Of a stretch of 64,000 bases of DNA, positions 20,302-28,945 are shown piece by piece. The notes under the pieces are model-generated. The model made no database searches, was not told the origin of the DNA, and saw only the letters and a list, made by a program, of their open reading frames with translations. This DNA is from a virus. The position numbers were made by a program, and so were the translations under genes. The DNA lies in the IMG/VR virus record IMGVR_UViG_3300032093_000021, positions 64,001 through 128,000 of that record; one strand, written 5' to 3'. Positions within the stretch are counted from its first letter, which is position 1. Each line of letters opens with the position of its first letter.

Positions 20302-20327
20302 AAAAGGTCGGAAACATCCGACCTTTT
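20302..20327. terminator. Intrinsic (potentially bidirectional) terminator after nrdJ
   Basis: aaaaggtcgga-aaca-tccgacctttt, a perfect stem flanked by A and T tracts. Confidence 0.75.
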
Positions 20328-20346
20328 AATTTTATAGACCAAGCGT

Positions 20347-22206
20347 TTATTTTATTTCACAATTTCCCGCGAAACAAGCCAACTCACCACTTAAATCTGT
20401 TTCATCTGTAAGTTCAACAACTTTACTTAAATCCACATTTGATAGTGTTTTATACATTTTTTCAAATGTTTCTTTATCACAGTCTTCAAAAGGGGCTTGT
20501 TTATAAGTGTGATCGGAAAATGGTAATACTGATAAACCATTGTAATATTCCCGGTTCTCCCACATCCATTCACCAGCCAATTCCCAATCTTCAGGTTTGA
20601 GACTAATTGTTGCAGATACGTTGTGGGTATTCTCACCTTTTCTGTGTCCAGGTCTAACCCACTCTTGAGTAATTTTTTTAACTCTCTCAAGAAGTTGGAA
20701 TGGACTTTCGGTTCTTAGAATTGCCCCTTCCGGAGCTTTTTGAGGAACCGATATAACCGCAGTATCGTGAGGTCTAAAATATTCATCCTCAACAAGTTCA
20801 GGGTGATTTACATAAAGGTAAGTATAGATGGATTCGTTTTTACCAACACGAATTCTTCTGATATAATAATCATTATGCCAAGCGTGGATACCTGATGAAG
20901 TTCCAAGAACTAAAGATGAAGTTCCGGATGGTTTCACCGTAGTTGTTCTAGCCGCTTTATTTATACCAATTAATTCAGCAACTCTAGCATTTTCTTCTTT
21001 CACTATTTTTGATGCCGCTTTCATATCATAACCTAAAACAACACCAGAACCAATACCTGTCATTCCAACACCGATAAGAGCATCCTTTTCTGTTGTTCTT
21101 CTCCAAATATCTCTGAGATAATGGAAATCAGTATAGCCCGCTTGAAGCGTTCCAATAAATGTCGCCGCTTTAACTCTATTGTTGAAATCTTCTTGAGATT
21201 CAATATCGGACGCGTTAACTTCACAAAGGTTACAGAACTGATTTGGTCTTAGTGCGATTTCACAACAAGGGTTAGTCCCCCAATCTTTATCATTTGTGAA
21301 GTAAATGCCTGGTTCACCAGCCCCTGATGCTTCAACTCTTTTCCAAAGATCAATAAAGAAATCTTTTGTAATTTTATGTCTCAAAAGAACGGCCGAATTA
21401 TTTGCTCTTCCTCTTTGAGGATTTTGTTCCCACCAACTTCCTGATTTACAAGATATCATTTCATTGTCATCAGCACTGAATAAGGAGATAAGAGCCGCGC
21501 GTCGGATTCCTCCGCTAAGGACCGCATCTGCAATATGACATATCATATCGTGAACTTCAATCGTAGTCAGTTTTCCACCATCATTTTTGGAATCTAAAAT
21601 GCTTTGGAGTTTGTGAATACAATCTTTGAGGGGTTGGGGTCCGGGGGCTTTACCACCAGATGTGATTAACCTTGCACCTTTTGGTCTAATATCAGAATAA
21701 TCAAACTCAGGTGTTGATAATTGTTCTCCAAAATAAGATTTGAATAATACTTTAATAGCATCTGCCCAACCTTCAATTGAATCACCGATTAGGAATCTTC
21801 TTTTTCTATTAGCGTTTGGTTTTCTAATTTCAGGAAGTTGGTCAACGTGATGTTTTTGAACAGAATATCCAACTCCGGTTCCTCCAAGAAGTAAGAACAT
21901 TGTCTCTGAAAAACTATCTAATGAATCAATAGGAAGATATGCGCAGTTATATATCCTGTTTGGACTAATTTCAATTGGTTTACCACCAAACTGCATAGAC
22001 CTCATAGAAGGTAATACCTTTTTAGCATATACGTATTTGTATACCTCTCTGATTTCACTTTCAAGTTTTGGATATTTCTTGATGTGCATGTTCATATTTC
22101 TTGTTACGAGTTCTTCCCAAGTTTCTCTTCTTTTGAGTTCGGGAACGAACTTTGCGTATTTCATGTAGACAGTAATGTCAGACAAAATCTTTTGCGATTC
22201 ATCCAT
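20347..22206 (-). CDS. nrdJ: Class II (adenosylcobalamin-dependent) monomeric ribonucleotide reductase
   Basis: YNCAY, GTGVGYSV, GGIRRAALI, GTNPCCEI, TTVKPSGTSS and C-terminal CFAGNCEIK redox pair; no small subunit adjacent. Confidence 0.9.
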   Translation of the reverse strand: MDESQKILSDITVYMKYAKFVPELKRRETWEELVTRNMNMHIKKYPKLESEIREVYKYVYAKKVLPSMRSMQFGGKPIEISPNRIYNCAYLPIDSLDSFSETMFLLLGGTGVGYSVQKHHVDQLPEIRKPNANRKRRFLIGDSIEGWADAIKVLFKSYFGEQLSTPEFDYSDIRPKGARLITSGGKAPGPQPLKDCIHKLQSILDSKNDGGKLTTIEVHDMICHIADAVLSGGIRRAALISLFSADDNEMISCKSGSWWEQNPQRGRANNSAVLLRHKITKDFFIDLWKRVEASGAGEPGIYFTNDKDWGTNPCCEIALRPNQFCNLCEVNASDIESQEDFNNRVKAATFIGTLQAGYTDFHYLRDIWRRTTEKDALIGVGMTGIGSGVVLGYDMKAASKIVKEENARVAELIGINKAARTTTVKPSGTSSLVLGTSSGIHAWHNDYYIRRIRVGKNESIYTYLYVNHPELVEDEYFRPHDTAVISVPQKAPEGAILRTESPFQLLERVKKITQEWVRPGHRKGENTHNVSATISLKPEDWELAGEWMWENREYYNGLSVLPFSDHTYKQAPFEDCDKETFEKMYKTLSNVDLSKVVELTDETDLSGELACFAGNCEIK

Positions 22207-22226
22207 AGTTTTAATTTTTAATAAAT

Positions 22227-23615
22227 TTATTTATTTGTTTTTTGAGATTCTCTCTCTTTTCTTCTTTCCAAGAGTTCCTTTACTCTTTCTTTGTTTTTTT
22301 CTTCTTTTTGTTCTTCGAAACCAAGGAATGTTACGGAGCTTTCTGTATCAATTTCCAATAGTTCATTGTCAAACTTACAGTTCTCAAATACTATACCATC
22401 TGATCCAATTCTTGATTTGGTGATGGCAATTGTAGCCAATTTCATTTCTTTTTGTTGTAAAGTTTTTGCGACTGAAATGATAACGTGTCCTACTTGTGCT
22501 TTTTTAATAGATCCACCCATTTGGTCGGTGGTGACAACCTCAGAAGATATAGAGCTTCTGTTACCCTGTGTTGCAGTCCATCCAACAAGATTGAGTTCGT
22601 GACACATAGCTTCAAATCCTCTCATAACAGATCCTTCACTTTTCCACTCATCACCCAAGTTCTTGTCCGGGACAATACAATCTATATAATCCAATACAAC
22701 CATATCAACTTTTGTTCCTTCCGCCACCATCTTTCTTACCTGATTCTTAATCTGAGAAAGTGTCAAAGTGTCAGATGGTAATTTTTTTAATATGAGTTCA
22801 TTGGGCATTTTTTCTTTTATATCAATCACCTTTTTCAATACCTCTTCTTTCTTATTTGACAACTCATCAGGAGAAATTCCGGTCCAAAGGGTGAAATGTT
22901 TTCTTTGAATGATCTTTAAGTTGTCCTCAAAGAATATCTGTAAAACATTGTATCCCAAATTGTAAGCGTGGTTCGCCATTTTAGTGAGTAAGGTTGATTT
23001 ACCTACTCCGGTTGGAGCAAGTATTACACCTATTTCTCCTTTCGCCAGTCCTCCTTTTAATAACTTGTCAATAGAAGGTATACCCATAGGTATTGGGTGT
23101 CTAAAATCGTCGTTTAATACCTCGTCAAGGTTATTAAAAACACTCTCAGTTCCCTTCTCTATCTCACCCACCTGAAGAGCACCTCTAACCATCTCTTCAA
23201 GAGCGTCATAATTCTCAAATTCACCCCCATCAATGATCTTTTGGGCCTTGGTTATTGCCTTCTGCAGTTCTTGCTGCTTACAGAATTTCAACGCTTTTTC
23301 CTGAACAAATGAAACACCCTCGAAAGGTGCTTCATTTATTTTTTTAAGTGTGTCAAGTATAATTTTGACTGCCAGATCTTGTTTGATTTCCGATTTTGTT
23401 ATCTGTTCAATAGTGTCAAAAGAAGGACTTGATTCATACTTTTTGTGGTATTCTTTAATCATCTGAATGATGATTTTGAAATACTTGTTTTCAAAGTAAT
23501 TTGGTTCTATAACATCTATTATTGAACGGGAAAAATCTTTATCTAATATGATCTGGTTAAGTAGTTGTATTTGAAAAGTGTCGCCTAAATAGTTAAAATT
23601 TTTGTCAGAATTCAT
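22227..23615 (-). CDS. Replicative DNA helicase, DnaB/T4 gp41-like
   Basis: Walker A APTGVGKS, VVLDYID, WTATQGNR and KSRIG motifs. Confidence 0.9.
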   Translation of the reverse strand: MNSDKNFNYLGDTFQIQLLNQIILDKDFSRSIIDVIEPNYFENKYFKIIIQMIKEYHKKYESSPSFDTIEQITKSEIKQDLAVKIILDTLKKINEAPFEGVSFVQEKALKFCKQQELQKAITKAQKIIDGGEFENYDALEEMVRGALQVGEIEKGTESVFNNLDEVLNDDFRHPIPMGIPSIDKLLKGGLAKGEIGVILAPTGVGKSTLLTKMANHAYNLGYNVLQIFFEDNLKIIQRKHFTLWTGISPDELSNKKEEVLKKVIDIKEKMPNELILKKLPSDTLTLSQIKNQVRKMVAEGTKVDMVVLDYIDCIVPDKNLGDEWKSEGSVMRGFEAMCHELNLVGWTATQGNRSSISSEVVTTDQMGGSIKKAQVGHVIISVAKTLQQKEMKLATIAITKSRIGSDGIVFENCKFDNELLEIDTESSVTFLGFEEQKEEKNKERVKELLERRKERESQKTNK

Positions 23616-23644
23616 ATGTATAGTCCGTTATAATTTAATAAATA

Positions 23645-24097
23645 TTACACCTCAAGCGGAAGTCCAAGGTAATCAAAAGTTAATTTTCTTTCGGAAAAAA
23701 TGTCAGTTAGATCCCTTAATATACTTTTTAGGTACGGGCGGACATCTACAGTGTATCTTACCTTCGGCGGGTATAGTTTCGCGTCAAACTGTCTATGACA
23801 AATTGTCTCATTATCAATCTTAATATACATATTGAAGTTCTCCGGACCCTCAGTCATTGACGTGTTCATAATGGTTGGGTCTTGGATGATGTAATCCATA
23901 TTGTCCAACATATACGTGGTTGTTTTCATCTTCAAACTATACTGAAGTTGGTTTTGAATACCACTCATCAACTCATATAACTCCCAAGAGTTCTTAACCC
24001 GGTGGTTATAACCTTTCACGTTAAAAAATCTTTGGACAATGATGATGTCATTTAATGTCAACAAAAATTCCAATTTAATTGCGTCCTGTTCTTTCAT
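23645..24097 (-). CDS. Hypothetical protein in the replication operon
   Basis: 150 aa ORF coupled to the exonuclease gene (ATGA overlap). Confidence 0.6.
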   Translation of the reverse strand: MKEQDAIKLEFLLTLNDIIIVQRFFNVKGYNHRVKNSWELYELMSGIQNQLQYSLKMKTTTYMLDNMDYIIQDPTIMNTSMTEGPENFNMYIKIDNETICHRQFDAKLYPPKVRYTVDVRPYLKSILRDLTDIFSERKLTFDYLGLPLEV

Positions 24098-25104
24098 ACT
24101 TTTTTGTTTTTGTGTTTTGATTTTTCTTTTCTTGTTATTTTTAAAAATGGCTTTAAGAAGTTAATCCAAGCGTCGTCTTGTTTTGGTAGATACTTAAACA
24201 ATCCATCCTCCATCATCATCTTCATCAGGTTCTTATATCCTCTATCCTCCGGATCCAAACTATCTGAATAATAAGTTTGAACCATTTCTTTTGCCTGTTC
24301 TGTTAATAAAGGATTAGAGAGATCAATAATACTTTCATTTATCTGAAAGAATTCGTCACCATAAATTCCGGATTTCGTCTTTCCGGTTAGAAGATTCTTG
24401 ATTGCTGAGTTGTTTTTATCTTGTTCAAAAATTTGTTCCGCTCTTGTTAAAATATCGGAAATAGTTATCTTATCTTCAAGTATTTCGGGAAATAATTTTA
24501 CTAAAGTTTTTTCACCCATATAGTATATACCATCTATATTGTCAGACCTGTCTCCTGATAGAATCTTGAATGTTGAAACATTATAATGTGGAACTTCAAC
24601 TTCTTTCATAGGGATTTTATCTCCAACCTTATAGGTTTTCTTTGTATTAGGTGAGTAGATTGATACTTTGTCGGATATCAGTTGTGTAAGGTCTCTGTCG
24701 GCTGAAAAGATGACCTTATTTTCGTCTTCAGAGATTGAACAGTAATATGCGATCATATCGTCTGCCTCGTTGCCATCAACGTCTAATTGCCTTATAAACA
24801 CCTCCTCCAAATACTGTTTGATTCTTTGTTTCTGTCTTTCAAAAGACGCTAACTTATTTTCTTCTAATGGAGTTCTCCGGTTGAGTTTATATTGGGGGTA
24901 GATAAGTTTTCTTTTGGATGCGGACTCTTCACCATCCCAAAATACAACAACCTTATCAAAGTTTTGTTCCTCAACGAATTTTCTGATTGTATTTAGAAAG
25001 TGAAATATTCCACCAACGTGTTCCCCTTTATGGTAGAACTCTTTTACTCCGTGGAACCCTATTTTTAATAAATTATTTCCGTCAACTAATAATGTCTTGA
25101 TCAC
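24094..25104 (-). CDS. 5'-3' exonuclease / flap endonuclease (T4 RNase H-like)
   Basis: LLVDGNN, VFWDG, YKLNR, EADDMIA, SADRDL and GDRSDNI motifs. Confidence 0.9.
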   Translation of the reverse strand: MIKTLLVDGNNLLKIGFHGVKEFYHKGEHVGGIFHFLNTIRKFVEEQNFDKVVVFWDGEESASKRKLIYPQYKLNRRTPLEENKLASFERQKQRIKQYLEEVFIRQLDVDGNEADDMIAYYCSISEDENKVIFSADRDLTQLISDKVSIYSPNTKKTYKVGDKIPMKEVEVPHYNVSTFKILSGDRSDNIDGIYYMGEKTLVKLFPEILEDKITISDILTRAEQIFEQDKNNSAIKNLLTGKTKSGIYGDEFFQINESIIDLSNPLLTEQAKEMVQTYYSDSLDPEDRGYKNLMKMMMEDGLFKYLPKQDDAWINFLKPFLKITRKEKSKHKNKKV

Positions 25105-25165
25105 ACATCCTTGTTAAAAGATTAGAAAATGTTTTTATAAGTATAATACAAAAATAACTTAAATC

Positions 25166-25196
25166 AAATAAAAAACCCCTCACTAAGGAGGGGTTA
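25166..25196 (-). terminator. Intrinsic terminator after the recombinase
   Basis: Minus strand aacccctc-cttagt-gaggggtt followed by tttt attt. Confidence 0.75.
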
Positions 25197-25199
25197 ATT

Positions 25200-26189
25200 T
25201 TATTCAGAAACTTCTTCAGATTCTTCAAGTTTAATTTCTCCGTCTCCGGATAAGATACCATTCCAATACTGAGAGTATTCTTTTTTGTATTTCTCCAAGG
25301 CATCTTTGTCGTCAGCAATATATCCCTGCGGAACCGCAATGATCTTACCATCTTTATAACCAAGACCATTTACGTGGTTTTTAAGAATTGATACTTTAGT
25401 TCTGATGGCATAAGATACTGTTCTACCATTTTTGGTTGCGGTGATGTGATTAATACCCGCTTTCTTTTGGTTACCAAATAAGAACACCAATGATGACGCC
25501 AACCATATCGCCTCTCCACCTTTTGCTTTGATCTCAGGTTGTCCAAATGGATTGTCAGGAAGTTCAACCCAAGGCTGATTAACCACAACAAGAGTATTAT
25601 AATATGGATAATCTTCTTTCTTAGATTTTGTTATTCTTGAGTGGATTCCCATACCGATCTTATCAGCAAGAACACTAGCATTATGTTGCTTACCTCCCTT
25701 TCCATCGTAAGTCATCTTACAAGGAATACTACCAATAGAATCCCAACAAATAAGAAGGTTATATGGAACTTCTCCTTTTTCTTGTGCATCTAACAACTCA
25801 TTAATGAAATCGGTTGCCTGTTCAATATAATCAAATGAATCATTGAATATAAAGTCACCATCCCATTCTCCGTTTTCATTTTTTTGAGCTTTCAATCCGA
25901 GTTCAACTGCGTGTTCCCAACTCCATTTTCTTTCAGTGATAATGAATACCGGAAGATCTCCTCTTTTTTGAGCATCTGCCGCGGCTAAGATCATAGCTGT
26001 TGTCTTACTACTATTGGTATGCCCCAAGAACATATTCACCCCACCCATTACAGGTCCGGGTATACCACAAGCATTATGAAACGCCTCACCACAATTGTAG
26101 TAGTTTGTTTCTTTGTATTTTGTTTTGGTTGAGAATTTGTCTTTTATACTACTAATCCCACCAATATCTTTTTTCTTAATTCCTGCCAT
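25200..26189 (-). CDS. RecA/UvsX-like recombinase
   Basis: GIPGPVMG, P-loop GHTNSSKTT, FIITER, WDSIGS, VVNQ and KGGEAI are RecA core motifs. Confidence 0.85.
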   Translation of the reverse strand: MAGIKKKDIGGISSIKDKFSTKTKYKETNYYNCGEAFHNACGIPGPVMGGVNMFLGHTNSSKTTAMILAAADAQKRGDLPVFIITERKWSWEHAVELGLKAQKNENGEWDGDFIFNDSFDYIEQATDFINELLDAQEKGEVPYNLLICWDSIGSIPCKMTYDGKGGKQHNASVLADKIGMGIHSRITKSKKEDYPYYNTLVVVNQPWVELPDNPFGQPEIKAKGGEAIWLASSLVFLFGNQKKAGINHITATKNGRTVSYAIRTKVSILKNHVNGLGYKDGKIIAVPQGYIADDKDALEKYKKEYSQYWNGILSGDGEIKLEESEEVSE

Positions 26190-26192
26190 AAT

Positions 26193-26993
26193 TTATTTTT
26201 TATTTTCTTCTAAAAATTTATCTATCTCTGATTCAGTTAATGAGAGGTTTTTAATCTTTTCTTCAAAAAGTTTCATAAACTCATCTTCAAGTTCAATTGG
26301 TATATACTTTCTTTTGAGTTCCATTTTGATTGTTTGCCCATTTTCAGTATCAATTACCGGATTCATATAAAATACCATTTTGTATTTTGGTTCTTCCATA
26401 ACAACCGACAATGGTGGTGTATCTTGTTTTTTCCCATCAACATCATCAAAAAATCCTCTAACTAAAACTGCTCTTTCACCTTTAACCCTATAGTCTTCAG
26501 GGTTATCTAACACCTTATCAAGTAAATCGTGAAGGTGTTGTCTTAAAATCGCCTCTCCATTCGCCATTTGTAGATCTTGAGCCATTTCAGGACTGAACTC
26601 AATAAGAATTTTTTTCTTAGGTTCAAATGTTTTTGGATCATATAATGCGGGTGTTATTGCTGCACCATCTTTAACAGGTTCGTGAAGTTTTTTAGGATCA
26701 TACATTTCAGGTGTAAGAGCAAAAGACAGAATATATCCGTTCCCTTTGAACTTTGACACATCAGATAATTTATATGTTGCTGCCGTTATCGTTCTACCTT
26801 CAAGTACAAAACTAGGAGAATTAATTATTTCAAGTGATGTTAATCCACTAAACTCCGGAAATTGTAATATCTTATCTTTGATTGGTTCCAAATCTTTTTT
26901 CCCATAAAGAGTATTATCAACCACACCAAAAGGTAAATGGTCTTTTTTATCATAGTTTTTTACTAACTCACTAATTAAATCTCTAATTTCCAT
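26193..26993 (-). CDS. Hypothetical protein with two TP..YDP repeats
   Basis: 266 aa ORF between SSB and the recombinase. Confidence 0.55.
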   Translation of the reverse strand: MEIRDLISELVKNYDKKDHLPFGVVDNTLYGKKDLEPIKDKILQFPEFSGLTSLEIINSPSFVLEGRTITAATYKLSDVSKFKGNGYILSFALTPEMYDPKKLHEPVKDGAAITPALYDPKTFEPKKKILIEFSPEMAQDLQMANGEAILRQHLHDLLDKVLDNPEDYRVKGERAVLVRGFFDDVDGKKQDTPPLSVVMEEPKYKMVFYMNPVIDTENGQTIKMELKRKYIPIELEDEFMKLFEEKIKNLSLTESEIDKFLEENKK

Positions 26994-27008
26994 AACATAA
27001 TTTTAATG

Positions 27009-27037
27009 AAAAAAGGGTGAGGTTTTAACTCACCCTT
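27009..27037 (-). terminator. Intrinsic terminator after the SSB gene
   Basis: Minus strand aagggtgag-ttaaaac-ctcaccctt followed by a T tract. Confidence 0.8.
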
Positions 27038-27052
27038 GGTTTAGTTCATAGA

Positions 27053-27901
27053 TTAGAACGGCAATTCAGAATCTGGATCTTCGTCCTCCTGTGGATCAAC
27101 AGTTTTCGGTTTGGAACTTTTGAAAGTTACTTCACCTTCTTCATCGTTACCATAGACATAACCACCTTTGTCAGAATCCCATCTTGGTGTTTCGCCTCTT
27201 GCGATTGCTTCCAAATACTCGGTTGGTTTTTTGGAATAAACATCTCTCCAAGTGAGTTCGTCTTCCAACCAAAGTTTAGCAGTTTCTTTATCTTCAGATA
27301 CCGGAGAAGGATCATCATACATTACAGTTTGAATTGTAGTGTATTCCTTACCTTTTGGAGTTTTTGCCTTTGTGAGTTCAATGATGAGATCTCTTCCTTT
27401 TTCAGGATCAGTGATATCACCCTTTGCTCTCCAAATAGGAATGATTTTATCTAAAACACCTTCGTTCTTATAATTGTGTTTGAATCTCCAAAACTTAACA
27501 CCATCTTCAGGTTTATCTCTATCAATAACCTTAACGATGTAGAACTTTCTTGCCTTATATTGTTTAGCAAGTTCTTTGTCGGAATCTTTACCGGTGCCAC
27601 TCAACTCTTCATAAACTTCGTTTAATGGAGATTTTTCGTTGTCGTTCTTTGCCGGATCGTAGAGTTTATTCCACTGACCACCAACCTGAACTTCGTGAAA
27701 CCAAGCTTCAACAAATGGGGAACTACCGTCTTTTGTGGGGAGAATTCTAATTCTTTTTTGTGCGGATTTTTCGTTTTGAGTAAGTATTGCCGCGAAATAC
27801 TTTTTCATTCTTTCCTCTTGAGTCATCTTACTTGACCCGGAAGAACCTGACTGTTTTGACTTTTCGTACTGAGCTAAGACAGAATCTAATGTAGACATCA
27901 T
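27053..27901 (-). CDS. Single-stranded DNA-binding protein, T4 gp32-like
   Basis: IRILP...PF...FH, GVKFWRF, DITDPEKGRDLII and an acidic tail ending DSELPF. Confidence 0.85.
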   Translation of the reverse strand: MMSTLDSVLAQYEKSKQSGSSGSSKMTQEERMKKYFAAILTQNEKSAQKRIRILPTKDGSSPFVEAWFHEVQVGGQWNKLYDPAKNDNEKSPLNEVYEELSGTGKDSDKELAKQYKARKFYIVKVIDRDKPEDGVKFWRFKHNYKNEGVLDKIIPIWRAKGDITDPEKGRDLIIELTKAKTPKGKEYTTIQTVMYDDPSPVSEDKETAKLWLEDELTWRDVYSKKPTEYLEAIARGETPRWDSDKGGYVYGNDEEGEVTFKSSKPKTVDPQEDEDPDSELPF

Positions 27902-27940
27902 AAAATTTAATTTAATAAAAAAAGGTTTAATTACGATATA

Positions 27941-27969
27941 AGTATAATCTAAATTAAACCTTTAGTCAA
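27941..27969 (-). promoter_or_regulatory. sigma70-like early/middle promoter for SSB
   Basis: Minus strand TTGACT-N17-TATACT. Confidence 0.65.
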
Positions 27970-27970
27970 A

Positions 27971-28651
27971 TTAAATTCCAAAATTCTTATCCATGTCTAC
28001 ACTGAAGGAATCTCTAATATCCTTGTCGGAGAAGTTTTCTACCTCATCTGATGTAAGAACATACTCATTTTTTCCTGACCTTTGAATATCTTGTTGTTTG
28101 TCGTCAAAGAAATCTGTCAATTTTTGATTAAAAGGTCCAGAATCTAAACTTCTAAGTTCTAATTTTTCTTGCGGAGTTTTTGGTCTATATCTTTCAACAG
28201 CTTGTTCCAATGAATTAATTTTATTGACTAAATTATCCATTTCAGCAAGTTTGGATTCAAGTTTTTGAAGTTGTCCAAATAACTCTTCAAAGTAAGAATC
28301 TTGTTTTTCTTTCATATCCTTCTGAGAAGTAACTAATTCGGTAATATCCAATTCCTCAGTATCTCCACCTTCCTTCTCTGACTCACCTTTATTGTCAACC
28401 TTTTCTACATCAGGATCATTTTCAACATCAACAACCTCAGTTCCTCCTGTTGTTGCCCCCTCAGCACCGGGAGCTGGCGCCGCACCTCCGGGTGGAGGGG
28501 GAGCTTCTCCTCCGGGCGGTGGAGGAACATCTCCTCCTGGCGGAGGGGGTATATCACCTCCGGGTGGTGGGGGAACATCTTGCTCATTTATATATTTATT
28601 GATTTTCTTAAATCTATAAATTTCTTCTATAATTTTTTTATCAATACTCAT
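27971..28651 (-). CDS. Acidic, proline-repeat, coiled-coil protein (possible head-internal/scaffold protein)
   Basis: Four PPPPGG repeats after KYINEQ, followed by a heptad-rich region. Confidence 0.55.
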   Translation of the reverse strand: MSIDKKIIEEIYRFKKINKYINEQDVPPPPGGDIPPPPGGDVPPPPGGEAPPPPGGAAPAPGAEGATTGGTEVVDVENDPDVEKVDNKGESEKEGGDTEELDITELVTSQKDMKEKQDSYFEELFGQLQKLESKLAEMDNLVNKINSLEQAVERYRPKTPQEKLELRSLDSGPFNQKLTDFFDDKQQDIQRSGKNEYVLTSDEVENFSDKDIRDSFSVDMDKNFGI

Positions 28652-28654
28652 TTT

Positions 28655-28879
28655 TTAATCATTTAAAAGTCGTTTAACCCCAGTAAGAGTCTCTACTTGA
28701 ACCTTCTTATTTTTGTTGATCATATCGTCAACTCTTTCAATTAATCCGTCTTTCATTCTGACAGTATAACAATCTCCACTATCTAAATCACAAACTTGTT
28801 TAGTTCCATTTCCTAAATCTTTTTCAGTGGTTCTTGTGTTTTTACCAAGATAACTATCTAATATTAATTTTACATTCAT
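28655..28879 (-). CDS. Small hypothetical protein
   Basis: Likely start MNVKL at 28879, after a TATTTATA motif. Confidence 0.55.
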   Translation of the reverse strand: MNVKLILDSYLGKNTRTTEKDLGNGTKQVCDLDSGDCYTVRMKDGLIERVDDMINKNKKVQVETLTGVKRLLND

Positions 28880-28945
28880 AAAATTTCGTTTACATATAAA
28901 TATATCAGTAATAACAAATGTTACCATATAATAATACTAATAAAA

